From Alloascoidea hylecoeti (taxonomy: Eukaryota), in assembly GCA_001600815.1 (NCBI GenBank), contig BCKZ01000002.1, forward strand, positions 763,454 through 827,453: a stretch of 64,000 nt of DNA, given 5' to 3'. Made by a program: the position numbers and the translations under genes. Each line of letters begins with the position of its first letter. The stretch's first letter is position 1. Below the pieces are notes generated by a model. The model was not told the origin of the DNA, did no database searches, and worked only from the letters and a program-made list of their open reading frames with translations. Below are positions 1-13,307 of this stretch, piece by piece.

Positions 1-1586
1 GAATCTTTGATTAGCACTGGTGCTTGGTGACGGGTCGATGATTGTATTGACTGAATATGTGAGTGTAATGGTGGGTTTTAATTGCTTCCTTTTACGTTCC
101 CGAGCCTTGTTTATTCTTCCACGAGCTCTCTTTTCCTCAAGTTTACGAGCTTGCAATTGATGATGTTCAAGTCCATTATTATTGTTGTTGGACACTTATT
201 TAAGTTTAAGTTTAATTAGTACTTTCGNGTGTAAGGGTGTTTGGAAGCTTTAAATTTTCTTTTTGGAAAATTTTATTNATTCTTCTTACTCACAACATCC
301 AAAAATTGTTTCTTACGAATGTTCACAATTTATTATATTGTTAAGAAATAAGTTTCTTAAATTTCTTATACAGCTCGCATCTTCTAATGTTTAATTCATG
401 TGGTTCTGTTAANTTAATTTCAAATAGATTTTAAAGTTTCATTAGTCGCAGTGGACAAGGAATGTTTTAAGTTCTCGAAATTTAACAAGAATAAATAAGG
501 GNTATGTTCTATATTATGTATGATTATCAATATCGATATCATCTAACGATCAAATAAAACTGTCTAGGTAATTGGTTAATTTAATTTCAGTAGATTTATA
601 ATTTCAGTCGCAGATGAATTCAAGGAGGGTATATGTTCGTGTTAACAATGTCGATATCATTTTGTTCGGTGTGTTTAGGTAAATGCGGTTAAATTTGGGG
701 ATTTTTAAAGCCACGTATATATCTATTTAATTATATATTTTATATAATATTTAATAAATTTTAATAAATTTTAATAATAATAAATTTTACAATCCGAACC
801 GAAAACTCGTAAAATGCAAACCGAATTCTAAATTCGAATATCTCGTTCCGTCCTGCGATACGGATGGACTCAAACGTGAGATTTATCATATTCAGATGCA
901 TGCGGACGACAACGCATGAAGGTGACTTTGCATGGATCTAAATTTTTCCAACGGTGACAACCGGAACCGTTTTGCATTAGTGTGTCGACTAAAGCCCATT
1001 CTCCACATTTTTTATTTAGTAGTTACCGAGATACAATTAAAAGCCTTAAGCTTATAACTTAATTGCCTAATATATCACCACATGGGTGATTCACTAACAT
1101 ATAGTCACCTTGGGTTATGGGGGTTAAATACGTTTTTTATTGAAAATATATAGTTATCTAGTAAAATCTTATTAGAAGAAAAAAATATAGGATTTGTTTA
1201 ATTCCCCGCATTTATTGTCAAACAGCTTATATACTTATCCAGAAAGTATAGATGAATGACAATAGCAAACAATTCAGCTATAACTATTGGCCGTTGCAAA
1301 TTTAATTGTCTGAACTTTAGATCTACAATTGCTACTACATGTAGAACTTTTTGAACAACTTGAAAGTAATTATAAGGTTAGATACATGGTCCCTCATTGT
1401 ACTAAAAAATACCATTAATATAATACTCCATACGCAGATACTGATCAATATGTGTGATGATCCATGCTCTATGAATATATAAATAAGGTCTTGATATTCT
1501 CGTAATATATCTATATTAATATCCGAATACTGTCATTTCGGTCAACCATTACCCTTCACTGGATCCGCTTCGATTTTTATTGAATT

Positions 1587-2718
1587 ATGTTAGCATCACC
1601 AATTATTACTTTAACAGTGGTGACTGTTTTGTTATTTTCTTTTATCCCTTCGGCGAGCGCTGATGAATTATGTCCTGAGGTCTTCGTTGCTGCTGCTTCT
1701 GCTTATTTGTTTATTTACGAAAACTTCAGCCGTATAATGCGCTATGTTTTGCTGCATCCGTCTCTTATACCTCCCGCTGATTTATTGTCTTTATTTCAGT
1801 CATTGAGTGGGGAATATGGAACTAGTCTTGATTGGACTACAGATGAATCTTTCATCAAAAATTTTCCAACTGAACAAGCGATAATTGGATATGGGATTTT
1901 CTATACCACCTCTTCCTTCCGATGGTGTTTGCATTGGTGGTACAACCCCACCCACAGCTCTTTCTACTCTTACTACTACCACCCCCGAGCCTACCCTATC
2001 TGACTCTGCTGATCCAAGCTCCTCCTCTGAAGATGGTCTTTGCTCAGAAGAAATCAACCCAGAGGTAATAACGACGGCTGTTTCTGCTTACTTGTTTATT
2101 TACACAAACTTCAATGGTATAATGAGCCAAGTTATCAGTAATCCATCGCTTATGCCTCCTGTTGATTTACTGGTTTTATTTCAATCATTGAGTGAACAAT
2201 ATGGAACTAGTCTTGATTGGACTACAAATGAATCTTTTATCAAGAATTTTCCAACTGAACAAGCGATAAGTTATCTTACAAAGTTAGATATGGGCTTTTC
2301 TGTGCCACCTCTTCCTGCAAATGATGGTTGCATTGGGAGTTCCCCTGCTAATAAAGGAAGTCAGTTAGATTCTCCTGGAGCTACTGCAACTGGGACCAAT
2401 TCCATGACTACAAATATACCAGTGACAAATGGTGTTCCAGATACTAATTCCGTACCACCTTCACCAATACTGGAAATGTCTAATCCAGATGGTGAATTAG
2501 AATCTCCTGGAGTTACTGCACCTGGGACAAAAACCATAACATCTGTTCGTTACCCAGATATACCATTTACAAATGGTGGTTCTGTGATTGTTCCAGATAC
2601 TACTTCTGTGCCAGCTTCACCAACACTGGATTTATCTAATATAGCTGGTAAATTAGGATCTGGCTATACAACGATTCTTGTGATATTAGTTGGTTCTATA
2701 TTATTAGCATTGATATAA
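1587..2718 (+). pseudogene. Frameshifted GPI-anchored cell-wall protein with two tandem Srp1/Tip1-like domains
   Basis: Signal peptide (MLASPIITLTVVTVLLFSFIPSASA), two copies of a ~85-aa domain (SAYLFIY..NF...P.L.PP.DLL.LFQSLS..YGTSLDWTT.ESFIKNFPTEQAI), a duplicated S/T/P-rich stalk and a hydrophobic GPI-type C-terminus. ORFs 1587..2003 and 1885..2718 join by a +1 shift at 1884/1885, where copy 1 lacks 14 nt present in copy 2 (2270-2283). The Tip1 family call is inference. Confidence 0.7.
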
Positions 2719-3229
2719 TTTGCAGCTGAAGATATTTCTTAAACTATATATTATGAAAAAACGGGATACAATATCAAATCTTATTTTTCATCCTGTTATT
2801 TCCAAACCTTCATGATCATGATTGCTTCACTTTCCGTAATTGCAGAGTGATTCAAAATTAAAACTTATTATTATTATTTATAAAAACACTAGCTATAGGC
2901 CTCATGATTATAATTTTCTGTCATAGGGAGGTTTTAATCTTAAAATCTTCTTAACATCCTTTTATGGTATACAGTGCAATATACCTACAGAAAACTTTTT
3001 TTAAAAGATTAAAGTTCATTATTCACGATTTACAGTATTTATACAGTATATAACTATAATTATGTATTCTAGAACTAACCCATTGATATCAGTAATATGA
3101 AATATAGATTACAGCTACCTTGAAAAATAGTGCAATTGTTACTTTTCTATCGTTTTTCCACTCCCAAAAAAGTTTCAACGCTAAAATACTATAACTCAAT
3201 ATTATAGGTTTAACTTTACTTACAAGAAC

Positions 3230-3835
3230 TATGGAAAGATCCCTGATGAGAAAGTCAATTGCCTGATACTATACCAGGCTAATAGGCTTTACTGAAGCCG
3301 AAAAGAATGCATAGTATGTAAAACGATTTGGGCTCTCCAATCGAAATTTCCGAAAAGAACGTGTCCTAACACAGCGGTTACTATATTATTCATACCACTA
3401 AGAGGTCAAACCTCCAAAAACTCGCGGAAGAAACCTAATAAACACAACTAGATTCACTTGGTACTTGGCTGGTTTAGTGCTCCCTGACCACCGTTGGCAA
3501 ATTTTGCAAGACAATCTTTCGTGGAACAGCGCTCAGATATGCCCAAAAATCACTCACCTCGTCGAAAATGGGAATTGAAGCGTTAAAGTGGCCCCCTGTA
3601 AGGCTTTATAGGTGTATTGTGAATCTGAACCCAATTTAGAAGGTGTGAAAGAGAATCTTCAACAAAATGAACCAACCCTTATAACTACGAAGAAGCAGAG
3701 AAAAGAAAATAGATCAACTTCAGGAATACATTAGAAGGTCTCTCGACAGTAGAGACCCGAATTTCTACACCAAAATTATCTTTCGAATGCCTAGGTTGGT
3801 AAATGACCTATTAGAAAATGGTAGTGGTGATTGAG
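3230..3835 (+). mobile_element. Degenerate Tc1/mariner DDE transposase relic
   Basis: Across frames: DEK (~3245), LQDN (3504-3515), IEALKWPP (WPP from 3589), NLNPI*KV* (3622-3648, compare DLNPIENVW), RMPRLVNDLLENG (from 3784). Multiple stops and frameshifts. Confidence 0.7.
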
Positions 3836-4533
3836 CCGCATATATATATATTTAATATGCTGTAAACGAAATAATTAGAAAGAGGAGATCCGGACCTTTC
3901 TTTTCTTCCCTACAAAGTATTTCTTAATAAATTTTTGTTATTTGTCTGCGACTGAATTGATATCTAAGAGGTGGTTGGGTGTCAGAATATAGCTGTAACA
4001 AGCGACTAATGCTTCTTAAACTTAGTTAGAATAATTATAACCGTAACTATCGAAAATAAAATTTAACTCTAGGTAATTTAAAGATTTATACCTAGGCCTA
4101 CCACTTGAGGCTTATATTGAAGTTACGAGTATCCTTACAATTATTTAAAATGAAAACTGAATGTTTGATAAAAATAATGATTAAATCCCAAACAAACAGC
4201 TTTGACACTATAGGGTTATAAGATATAATAAAGTATAAGTAAGTTTTATTAATAAATAAAATTCCCAGCTATTATTGATTGAAGTTTCAACAACAGTCAA
4301 GATAAATAATATATAAAAGAAAAATGTTCAGGAAATGATAGGACGGTGGTAATAAAGCAGAATCTTTGCTTAAATCTCACAGCAGTAGTATTGTTGTGTG
4401 TGTAAACACAAGAGCCAGAATAGATGCTTTTATGCAATAATTAAATTCATACAGGTGAAGTTAATTTTTAAACAAAAATATAATATAAAAACAAGCAATT
4501 TGTCGCGGCAATCATTTTGTCGATTAGTTACTT

Positions 4534-5193
4534 TTATTTTCCAGTTGTTGTATCTGTTGTAACCGGGGTCAAAACGTTCGGATGGTTCGAGGAGCCTGGC
4601 GTTACTTCATTGCCCGATGAGTCCATATTCTGTAACAAAATTGCTTCTTGACTATCAGCATCACGAGAAGATCGACTATACTGAGATGGCCCCCCTTGTT
4701 CCAAATCTACTCCTTCAAAAAATGTTTCTCGAAGTTCTTTCCATTGAGATGACCATGTTCCTAATGACACTAGTATTAATGCTGATATACCTTGTAAAAC
4801 CCACCATAAGGCACTCGTTGGGAATTGCCCTGAATATACCCACACCACAATAAGATTTATTCCTTGCAGAGTAAGAGCAAAATCCCATGCGAGTTTACTT
4901 CTGCCTACCACTATCATCATAAAGAAAACGCAAACCAGAGAGTCAAATAGCCAAATCACTGTTAAAGTCCATCCAATTGTTGTACTTGGCTCTACCAGCA
5001 CCCACGAAAACACCCAGTCTAATGAATAATTCATCCCACTAACTGATGCTGAAATAAAGCAAACTATGGCAGCCACTACATAGTAAACAGTTTGTAAAAG
5101 TGCAATTTGAAAGAAGAGCCTTGAGGGCGATAGATAATCCAGAGTACTTGATTGCGATTTGGGGGTATCACGCCAGAAGGCCTTACTGGCCAT
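4534..5193 (-). CDS. SYS1: Golgi integral membrane protein Sys1
   Basis: SPSRLFFQIALLQTVYY, VGRSKLAWDFALTL, FPTSALWW and WKELRETFF motifs; four TM segments. Start taken at the ATG at 5193. Confidence 0.9.
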   Translation of the reverse strand: MASKAFWRDTPKSQSSTLDYLSPSRLFFQIALLQTVYYVVAAIVCFISASVSGMNYSLDWVFSWVLVEPSTTIGWTLTVIWLFDSLVCVFFMMIVVGRSKLAWDFALTLQGINLIVVWVYSGQFPTSALWWVLQGISALILVSLGTWSSQWKELRETFFEGVDLEQGGPSQYSRSSRDADSQEAILLQNMDSSGNEVTPGSSNHPNVLTPVTTDTTTGK

Positions 5194-5396
5194 TTTGGTG
5201 ACCAATCTCGATATTTTAATGACTATTTTTTTTATATATATAATTGTCGAGAAAGCAACTATTCTTTGAGATCGAATGGCGTTGCTGAACTGAAAGAGGT
5301 GTGTTTTTAAATTAGAAACTCTGAATTCTGAAAGATTTCGCATATTCGAAACAAACCTCCATACACACACAGGAAAAATAATTTTTTTAAAATTTT

Positions 5397-5406
5397 AAAT
5401 TTTTCA
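5397..5406. promoter_or_regulatory. RRPE element upstream of DRS1
   Basis: AAATTTTTCA about 20 bp upstream of a ribosome-biogenesis gene start. Confidence 0.55.
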
Positions 5407-5426
5407 TCTAATCTGAAAAGTTTACA

Positions 5427-7766
5427 ATGAACGGGAAAATTAAATCAGCGAAGGATGATTTTATCCTAACGATTTCCGATTCTGAAGATGATATACCTAA
5501 CTTCGAAAAAGAGGAGGAAGAAGAAGAAGAACAAGAAAGGAAAAGAATAAAGACTGTGAAAAGTAAAAAGAAATCAAAAGGAAAAAATAAATCTGCAAAT
5601 GAAGAAGAAGAGGGAAACAAAGAGGAAGACCTTAACCCTGATTTTCAATTTTCTTTAGAAGGATACGAGAAAGCTTCAAAATTTGATGGATGGGATTTCA
5701 ATGTTGGGTCCAAGACACCTACTACAGCAAGTGTTGATCTTGATAGTATCATTAGACGAAAAGGTGGTCTTGGAGACTTAATCATAGATCATAAAGATCA
5801 TGACAGTGGAAAAGAGAATGAGAGTGAAAACGAAGAGGAACAAGAAGATGGCGATGATGAAGAAGAAGAAGAAATAGAAGAAGGAGATGAAGAAGTTGGA
5901 AGTGGAGAGGAAAAGGAAGAGGAAGAGGAAGAAGATGAAGATGAAGAAGAAGAAGATGATGAAGATGAAGATGATGATGAACTCGCCCTCGATGGATTTG
6001 GTATGGGTATTAAAGCTCAACCAAAGGTATCAAATATTGATGAAGAAAAAGAAGTTGGAAGTGAAGAAGTAGAAGAAGAAGACAAAGACGACGACGAAGA
6101 AGAAGAGGAAGAGGATGATAAAGAACAAGAAGGTGATACAGCAGAAGATATTGCTAAATATTTCGCTTCTGAAGAAGAAACAACTGGGACTAACAGTTCT
6201 ATTCACAAGACATTTAACACTTTCTCATTATCAAGACCAATCCTTAGGGGTCTTGGTGCCCTTGGTTATACAACTCCAACACCAATTCAAAGTGCAGTTA
6301 TACCAATTGCTTTATTAGGAAAAGATATAGTTGCTGGTGCTGTTACTGGTTCTGGTAAAACGGCAGCTTATATGATTCCAATTCTCGAACGATTATTATA
6401 TAAACCTGCAAAAGTAGCATCCTCACGTGTTGTTATCATGACCCCTACAAGAGAATTGGCAATCCAAGTAGCTGATGTGGGAAGGAAATTAAGTCGATTT
6501 GTTAGTAATGCTAGTTTTGGATTAGCTGTTGGTGGCTTGAATTTGCGACAACAGGAACAAGAATTGAAAACGAGGCCAGACGTCGTTGTAGCCACACCTG
6601 GTAGATTTATTGATCATATTCGAAATTCTCCTAGTTTTACAATTGATGATTTGGAAATTTTAGTTATTGATGAAGCTGATAGAATGCTAGAAGATGGTTT
6701 TGAAAAAGAGGTATCTGAGATTTTATCATTAATTCCTTCTAAAAGACAAACATTACTTTTTTCTGCTACAATGAATTCGAGTATTAAAGATTTAATTAAA
6801 TTATCATTACAAAGACCAGTTAGAGTTATGATTGATCCCCCTAAACAAGCAGCTGCACAATTGATTCAAGAATTCGTTAGAATCCGCAAAAGAGATAATT
6901 TAAAACCTGCTTTACTTTTCAATTTACTGAGGATCATGGATAGTTCTCAGCAACAACGAACTATTGTGTTTGTTGCACGAAAAGAAACTGCACATAGAAT
7001 AAGAGTCATATTAGGTCTCTTAGGTATAAAAATTGGAGAATTGCATGGTTCTTTAACACAAGAGCAGCGTTTAGCGAGCGTTACGAATTTTAAATCTTTA
7101 AAAGTTCCAGTGTTGTTATGTACAGATTTAGCTTCTCGTGGTTTAGATATTCCAAAGATCGAACTTGTCATAAATTATGATATGCCAAAAACACATGAAA
7201 TTTATTTACATAGAGTAGGTAGAACTGCTCGTGCTGGACGTGGTGGTCGAAGTATATCATTTGTTGGTGAATCCAGTTCTGATAGAGCAATTGTGAAAGC
7301 TGCAATTTCGAGTATTCAGGATGCGGAAGGTAAAGGTAAAGCATTAGGTAGAAATGTTGACTGGAACGAGGTCGAGAAAATAAATGACATGATTGAAAAG
7401 AAGGAAGGTATAATTGATGAAGTATTAGAAGAAGAAAAACAAGAAAAGGAAATCATTCAAGCTGAAATGGAAATCAAAAAAGGTGAAAACCAATTAAGAT
7501 ATAAGAACGAAATTCAATCACGCCCAAAGCGAACATGGTTTGAAACTGAAAAGGAAAAGAAGCAGTCTGCTACTATGAAAGCAATTAAAAAGAAACCAAA
7601 TAGAAAGAAGAGAAAGGCTGAAGAAGAAAGGAAAGATATTCAAAGATCTTATAAAAAGACAAAGATAGATCGAATTAACCAGCAGTTCAAGAAAAAGGGT
7701 GGTAAGAGCAATAAAAGTGGTAAGAAAAATGCAGTGAAAATGATGAGGAAAACAGAAAAGAAATAA
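5427..7766 (+). CDS. DRS1: DEAD-box RNA helicase Drs1 (60S biogenesis)
   Basis: Q-motif, [32 protein letters not shown]; acidic N-terminus with LDGFGMG; C-terminal RPKRTWF. Confidence 0.95.
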   Translation: MNGKIKSAKDDFILTISDSEDDIPNFEKEEEEEEEQERKRIKTVKSKKKSKGKNKSANEEEEGNKEEDLNPDFQFSLEGYEKASKFDGWDFNVGSKTPTTASVDLDSIIRRKGGLGDLIIDHKDHDSGKENESENEEEQEDGDDEEEEEIEEGDEEVGSGEEKEEEEEEDEDEEEEDDEDEDDDELALDGFGMGIKAQPKVSNIDEEKEVGSEEVEEEDKDDDEEEEEEDDKEQEGDTAEDIAKYFASEEETTGTNSSIHKTFNTFSLSRPILRGLGALGYTTPTPIQSAVIPIALLGKDIVAGAVTGSGKTAAYMIPILERLLYKPAKVASSRVVIMTPTRELAIQVADVGRKLSRFVSNASFGLAVGGLNLRQQEQELKTRPDVVVATPGRFIDHIRNSPSFTIDDLEILVIDEADRMLEDGFEKEVSEILSLIPSKRQTLLFSATMNSSIKDLIKLSLQRPVRVMIDPPKQAAAQLIQEFVRIRKRDNLKPALLFNLLRIMDSSQQQRTIVFVARKETAHRIRVILGLLGIKIGELHGSLTQEQRLASVTNFKSLKVPVLLCTDLASRGLDIPKIELVINYDMPKTHEIYLHRVGRTARAGRGGRSISFVGESSSDRAIVKAAISSIQDAEGKGKALGRNVDWNEVEKINDMIEKKEGIIDEVLEEEKQEKEIIQAEMEIKKGENQLRYKNEIQSRPKRTWFETEKEKKQSATMKAIKKKPNRKKRKAEEERKDIQRSYKKTKIDRINQQFKKKGGKSNKSGKKNAVKMMRKTEKK

Positions 7767-7924
7767 TCAATTTTAAGCTTGAGGACGATATTTTAATTAT
7801 ACGATTGGAAATGTTTAATAAGAATATAATGTTATAAAATAAAAATTTAGTTAACGTTTATATAATTTCAATACATAATATTAATGTAATATTTTACACA
7901 AAAATGTCTTAAAATATAATTAGT

Positions 7925-10081
7925 TTACCTGAAGTAAAAATCATTAGGATCAATATCAATTAATTGTGGTTCTAGAGGTATTGGTAATCTTGCAATCCTA
8001 ACATCCTCATCCGTTAATTCCATCAATTGTAGTTTCTTTTTTAATTCTGTTAATATAATCACATGTTGTTTGGTTACATCTGATAAATCAGGTTTATTTA
8101 TTAGAATAGATAACCCATCGGACCATTCAAGACCCAATTCTGTCTTATTAGTGTAAAATGTTAGAAGATTTGATTTTTTAGAATCTCTACCAACTAGAGT
8201 AATCCTCATAAAAACACTCCGACTTGCCAGATTTATCAATCTTTGTCCTGGTGCAATGTTACTACTAGGTGTTATATCAGTTGCAACGATACTTTGAACC
8301 TGGGTCAAATCAACCTTTTGACAATCTTGTTCAAAAGCTGTATAATGTAGTGGTCTTGTCCTAAATACTTTAAACAAAATAGATTGTCGATTTGGTGACA
8401 CTGCACAAAACATTACTTTGGCATCTCTAAACTGAAGCGGATTTTCAGCAAATCCCCAGGAACCTCTGATGAGAGATAAAACTCGTTGCTCTTGCATAAA
8501 GCTTTCAGTCTCTCTTGTATATTTACTTTCCAAGGCCCTATAAAAATAAAATGATTAGTTTAGTTACGATTGATAATTTTGAAAGTAAAAAAACATACTC
8601 TAAATCTAAGCGCCATGTTCTCTGAAGGTTTTGTTCATAATTCTCTAATTGAATTCTTCTCAAATCCTGATAAGAGAAAGAATTAAACAAATCAGATAAG
8701 TCAGTAATAGTTGCAGAAGAAGTTAATCTTCCAATAACCTCACTTGTCAACACTCTCATTACTTTTTCCATATTTTCAAAATCAACATTTTGTGCTTTAG
8801 CAGATTTCCACATTCTATATAAAATAGCCATTCCTTGAAAATATAAAGTATCCCATCCTAAAACGAAATTTGTCAAGTTTTTCAAATTTCCTATGATTTC
8901 CTTTGCTGGGTTATCAATTCTAAATATACTTATTAAGAAATTTGTTATTGATTTTGCGGCTTTTAATAAGGGTAAACAATATTTCTGATCAGTAAACATT
9001 AATTGTTCAGTGTATAATTTTCTAAATGATAAATCACCTTCTTCACCTAGGAAACTAATTAAGTCTATAATTTCAAGTAAAGATAGTTGAGTAGCAAAAT
9101 CTTTCATTAAGTCACTATCGCTACCAGACGAAAAACCAGCTTTCAATCTAGCTTCTTCACTACTACAATCCAAAGATTTGGTTGATACTATTAAAGCCTG
9201 TCTTATCAGTAATAAATGTATTGAATTTTCAATATCTAAAGGTGTGAAGGAAGCCAGGCGTAAAACTTTTTCATAACATGTTATAAATTGTTGAATCATT
9301 CCTTTTGAAGGAATAATTTCTTCTTCGATCATGCTCTAAATAGAAGTATTAGTTATTATAACATTAGTAATGATCATGAAATACAACTTACCATTAATGA
9401 AATTGTCAGAGCACCCTCTCTTAATTTAATAAATGGCTCCAAAGCGATATCTTCAATTTTATCATTTTTCGTAAAAAGGTTAAAAAACTTGGTTAAAAAG
9501 GTGAGGAAAACCTCTACTGTAGCTGGAGGTTGACCATAGATATTCAAGGATAAAATTGAAAAAAGATTTGGATGATCCCTTACAGCATAAACAGCAGCTT
9601 TGAAAGGCTCATTGATATACTCATTTTGATCTAAACATGTTATAAGTAAAGACAGGGTTGCCGGTATTGTTTGAATGACTTTATCACCACTTTCTGTTTC
9701 ACATCGTAAAATAGCCTGTAAGGTTGGTTAGTTATTCAAAAGCCCATTCTCCATGACAATCACATATCCACTTACTATGTGTAGTAGATGATGGAGTTTT
9801 TCTATGTGTTGACTTAAGAATATTCGTGAATCACTGAATCTAAATAACTGAGCCATAGCAGCAAGTGGCCGGGAAATGCTATTTTGATTCGATGTAATGC
9901 TGTTGTATAGAGTTTCAAAAAATCTAGTGGATTGATCATCAGATAATTGGTGGTGAAGATCACCCGAGCCTAGTAGATAATAACGGTTCTTTTTATCGAT
10001 TGATGTTAGATTTTGATAACTTGGAGTTGTAGATCGGTAACGTAATTAATTGATGTCGTTATACTTACAGCCTTGGGACAT
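7925..10081 (-). CDS. LMO1: ELMO-domain/PH-domain protein Lmo1, 5 exons, 626 aa
   Basis: Exons 10069-10081, 9776-9969, 9392-9715, 8599-9335 and 7925-8537. Four GT(A)-AG introns (99, 60, 56, 61 nt) restore one open frame. ELMO-like SFRKLYTEQLMF...PL and PH-like EQRVLSLIRGSW...SPNR...WSDGLSIL. Exon 1 is the least certain. Confidence 0.8.
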
Positions 10082-13000
10082 GATTATACATGTAGATCTG
10101 GTAAAGACCGGGGAATAGCATACTTTGGGAAAAAGCCTGAATATATTTATAAACACCTTCGAGATCCATTTCCATCTTGAAAAAACAATTAGAAATAAAT
10201 TTAGTGGAAGAAAGTACCTGAATATATATATAAATATCGCTATTAAACTTGGGGTTATGCTGGGTTAAATTTATTTATGTATGATTATTTATAAAACTTA
10301 ATTATAAGCTGTTGTAAAAATGTTTTCACCATGGCTTCTTCTTCACCGCCTGTCTAATTATTATATCTAGATCCACAGAAGATGTATCTTTCCTGTTTTG
10401 GAGCGAGGTGACAACACTTTTTGCAATTGAAGCTGCTTTAACTCCTCTTATTTCTGGCCAGTTGTTGATTTGATTTTCTTGTTGATATCCTCACAATAAC
10501 TATTGATTTTACATACGGAAATTTTCCATGGCTAATTTATATAGAAGTCTGACAAATACATATATTTACATAATAGAAAACTAGTTGAAATTAAACATAT
10601 ATATGAGCTTATATATGATAGAAGATTATACCCTCTGCGGTCCTCCGGTGGGTTTAAAACTGATAAATTATTATAATTAGTTGTTGATCTTGAAAAGCAC
10701 AATGCTTCATATATGTAATTACAGAGGCCACAGAATCTAGATGCAGCTCGTTTGATTGTCTTCGCATTTCTTATATTAGAATAGAAGGCCGAAAAAAGCA
10801 GATTGGTTTGATCTTACAACTTTATTGTGTGTTAAGGTTTTTCTTATGAAATTACAGAAGAAACTGCTTAGATATACCCATCCGAGGGCGGCAAAACATG
10901 TGCAGAACTACAAGCATATGTTATCGCTTATGATTATGTTATAACTTGATATAACTAATTAGGAAGTCGGATACATCATTGGTATTAATATTCTGTCTGG
11001 TATAAAATTTAGCTAGAAACAATTGCAATCGTACTATTGGCTACTATATCATACTCACAAATTTCACATACAACACCAAAACACTCAAGTGTATCGATCA
11101 TCCTTGATGTCTCACTAATATATAGAACATCGCTAAAAAATAGCCTAAAATTGACCAAAATATCAGATCAATATAGCTAGTTTTTCGTATATATCGCTAC
11201 AATTGCAACATCTTAATCCATATCTATTATCTAAGTTCTAATAAAATATTAGTAATCTCAAATTTGAACAAAGAGTATTGTAATGTATCATCATATAATT
11301 TTATGGTAAAATTACCGAGCCTCTAATTGTTTCAGAGAAATTAACACTTTACGACAAGATTCCCTCAAAGTTTTCTAGATCAAGTTGAAAGATAACTACC
11401 GCGGTAGTTGGGATAATGATATAATAGACTTTCAATTTCAAGTTTAAAGAAATTTAAAAAGCATATTAATATCGATAGCCATCCGATTACGTTGTATTTA
11501 AAGCTTTGCATTGATAGCAATATATAACATGTGTAATAACAATATTGTGAATTTGTGTATCTATTTGAGAAATCTAATTCTAATTCTAATAGTTCTATTA
11601 AGTGCAAGAATCCGGTGCCGTATCTGATTAACTCCCCGAGGAGTATTATTAGGATAATAAAATTCAATATAATAAATTATAATATCCGGACCCGTGTCTC
11701 ATTATTTTCCGTGGAGTATTATAATTACGTACTGCCATGTAATTAAAAAAGCTCATATGATCAGCGCTAGCTGTAATCCAGATCAGGAATAGAGCTCAAT
11801 CGCAAAGTGGTTGCTGATTAATATAAAACAGCCACTTGCAATATTTAACACTAAAGCTAGTCTAGCACTTGATGTGTTTTTTCTTTATACTCATTGCAAT
11901 TGAAGTAATGACACTGACTATTACAGTGACTAGCATTTAGCTACTGGACATGGTTTCAAACCAGATTGTACGTGCCAAGATTAATTCATAAAGAGATCCA
12001 CAAAAAAGGACCATCATGCCATTTGTCATCCTGATTCTTTTTAACGTTATTAATCTTCTTGCTAGTCGCAAGTTGTGAAATTGGTCGCAAAACAGTATAT
12101 TCATATAATGCGTACGATTAAATTTATATATATATACCGGTAAATATATATAAAGTATAATTACCGTTTATTGAAACCTATTGGTGCCAGTCAGAAGTTT
12201 AGAATATCCCGGGATCCACCAGGTATATAGTTGCCATAAGTTATATCTAGCTAGTTTTAGTACTTTAACCAACTTGTCTATATTTACCAGGTGCACAAAA
12301 ATGAATGTTGGATATATTACACTCTTAGAACAGTTCACTAAAGAGTCGATTGGCTTTTTGGCGCAACTGGGAGAACAGGCACTTTGAATTTTAACAATGA
12401 AATACTACACATATTTCTCAGATATAAGTGAACTTATTGAAACATTATAAATGCAAAGGAGTAGTTGTAATTGTAAATTTTATAGTTAATAATCGGTATT
12501 ACATCGTAAATGTAACAGTAAATTTCAAAGGAATTTTGACTTTATCTTGAATTTAATATTAGCTAAATAGTAACAGCTGGATAATTATTAATATTCATAT
12601 TTCAATATATTGTCAATTAAATATTTTATTATAAATCTAAAACATTAATACCTTTCTTGATAAAGCTGTCAAAATTCTGTCAATCTGCATATTCCATCAT
12701 AAAGTATTTACTGTTTAGATATATTATATAACTTATATGATATCGATTCAATTGATACTAATTAATTAATATTTCACTACTGTTTATATTGTTGTGATTG
12801 TATGATCCTCTACAACTAATCTTCAAATCAGCTACAGTATATAAGAGTTTCACTTTGACTATTTTATCTAGATCTTATTTACATTTAGAATCGATCGATA
12901 TCAGTATTTAATATTTATAATAAATGTTGGATCTAGAAATATAATATCGCATCACTATCAGCTATAACTATACTTGTAAAGCGCATACGGTTAATATATA

Positions 13001-13307
13001 GATATTGATTGTCATCAACTTTTAGATTGCAGTGTATAGACCATATACTGTATGTGTACTTACTACAGTATTGCATTGCTGGTGAACCGTCGAAAATCGA
13101 CTCCTGGGCCCAATATCCAAATAGCTACATCAAACAATAGTTATAGTGACAAGAATGTTAACTCTAAATCTAAATTTGTTATATATATATATATCTAAAT
13201 TCAAATACAAGATTTCTTAGAATTATAATATAGACACAATCTCCGAATTCTTTAGATAGGCGATAATGTCAACAACCATACCGCACATGATTCCCAATCA
13301 TCTATTA

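Noticed and set aside
5408..7171. Short antisense and alternative-frame ORFs over DRS1 (likewise over PRP40, RIX1, APC5, ATG21, SEC11)
   Set aside because: Shadows of low-complexity or biased-codon coding sequence on the real strand.
11380..12387. Small ORFs of 63-95 aa in the LMO1-APA intergenic region
   Set aside because: Non-ATG starts, AT-rich non-coding composition and no motifs.
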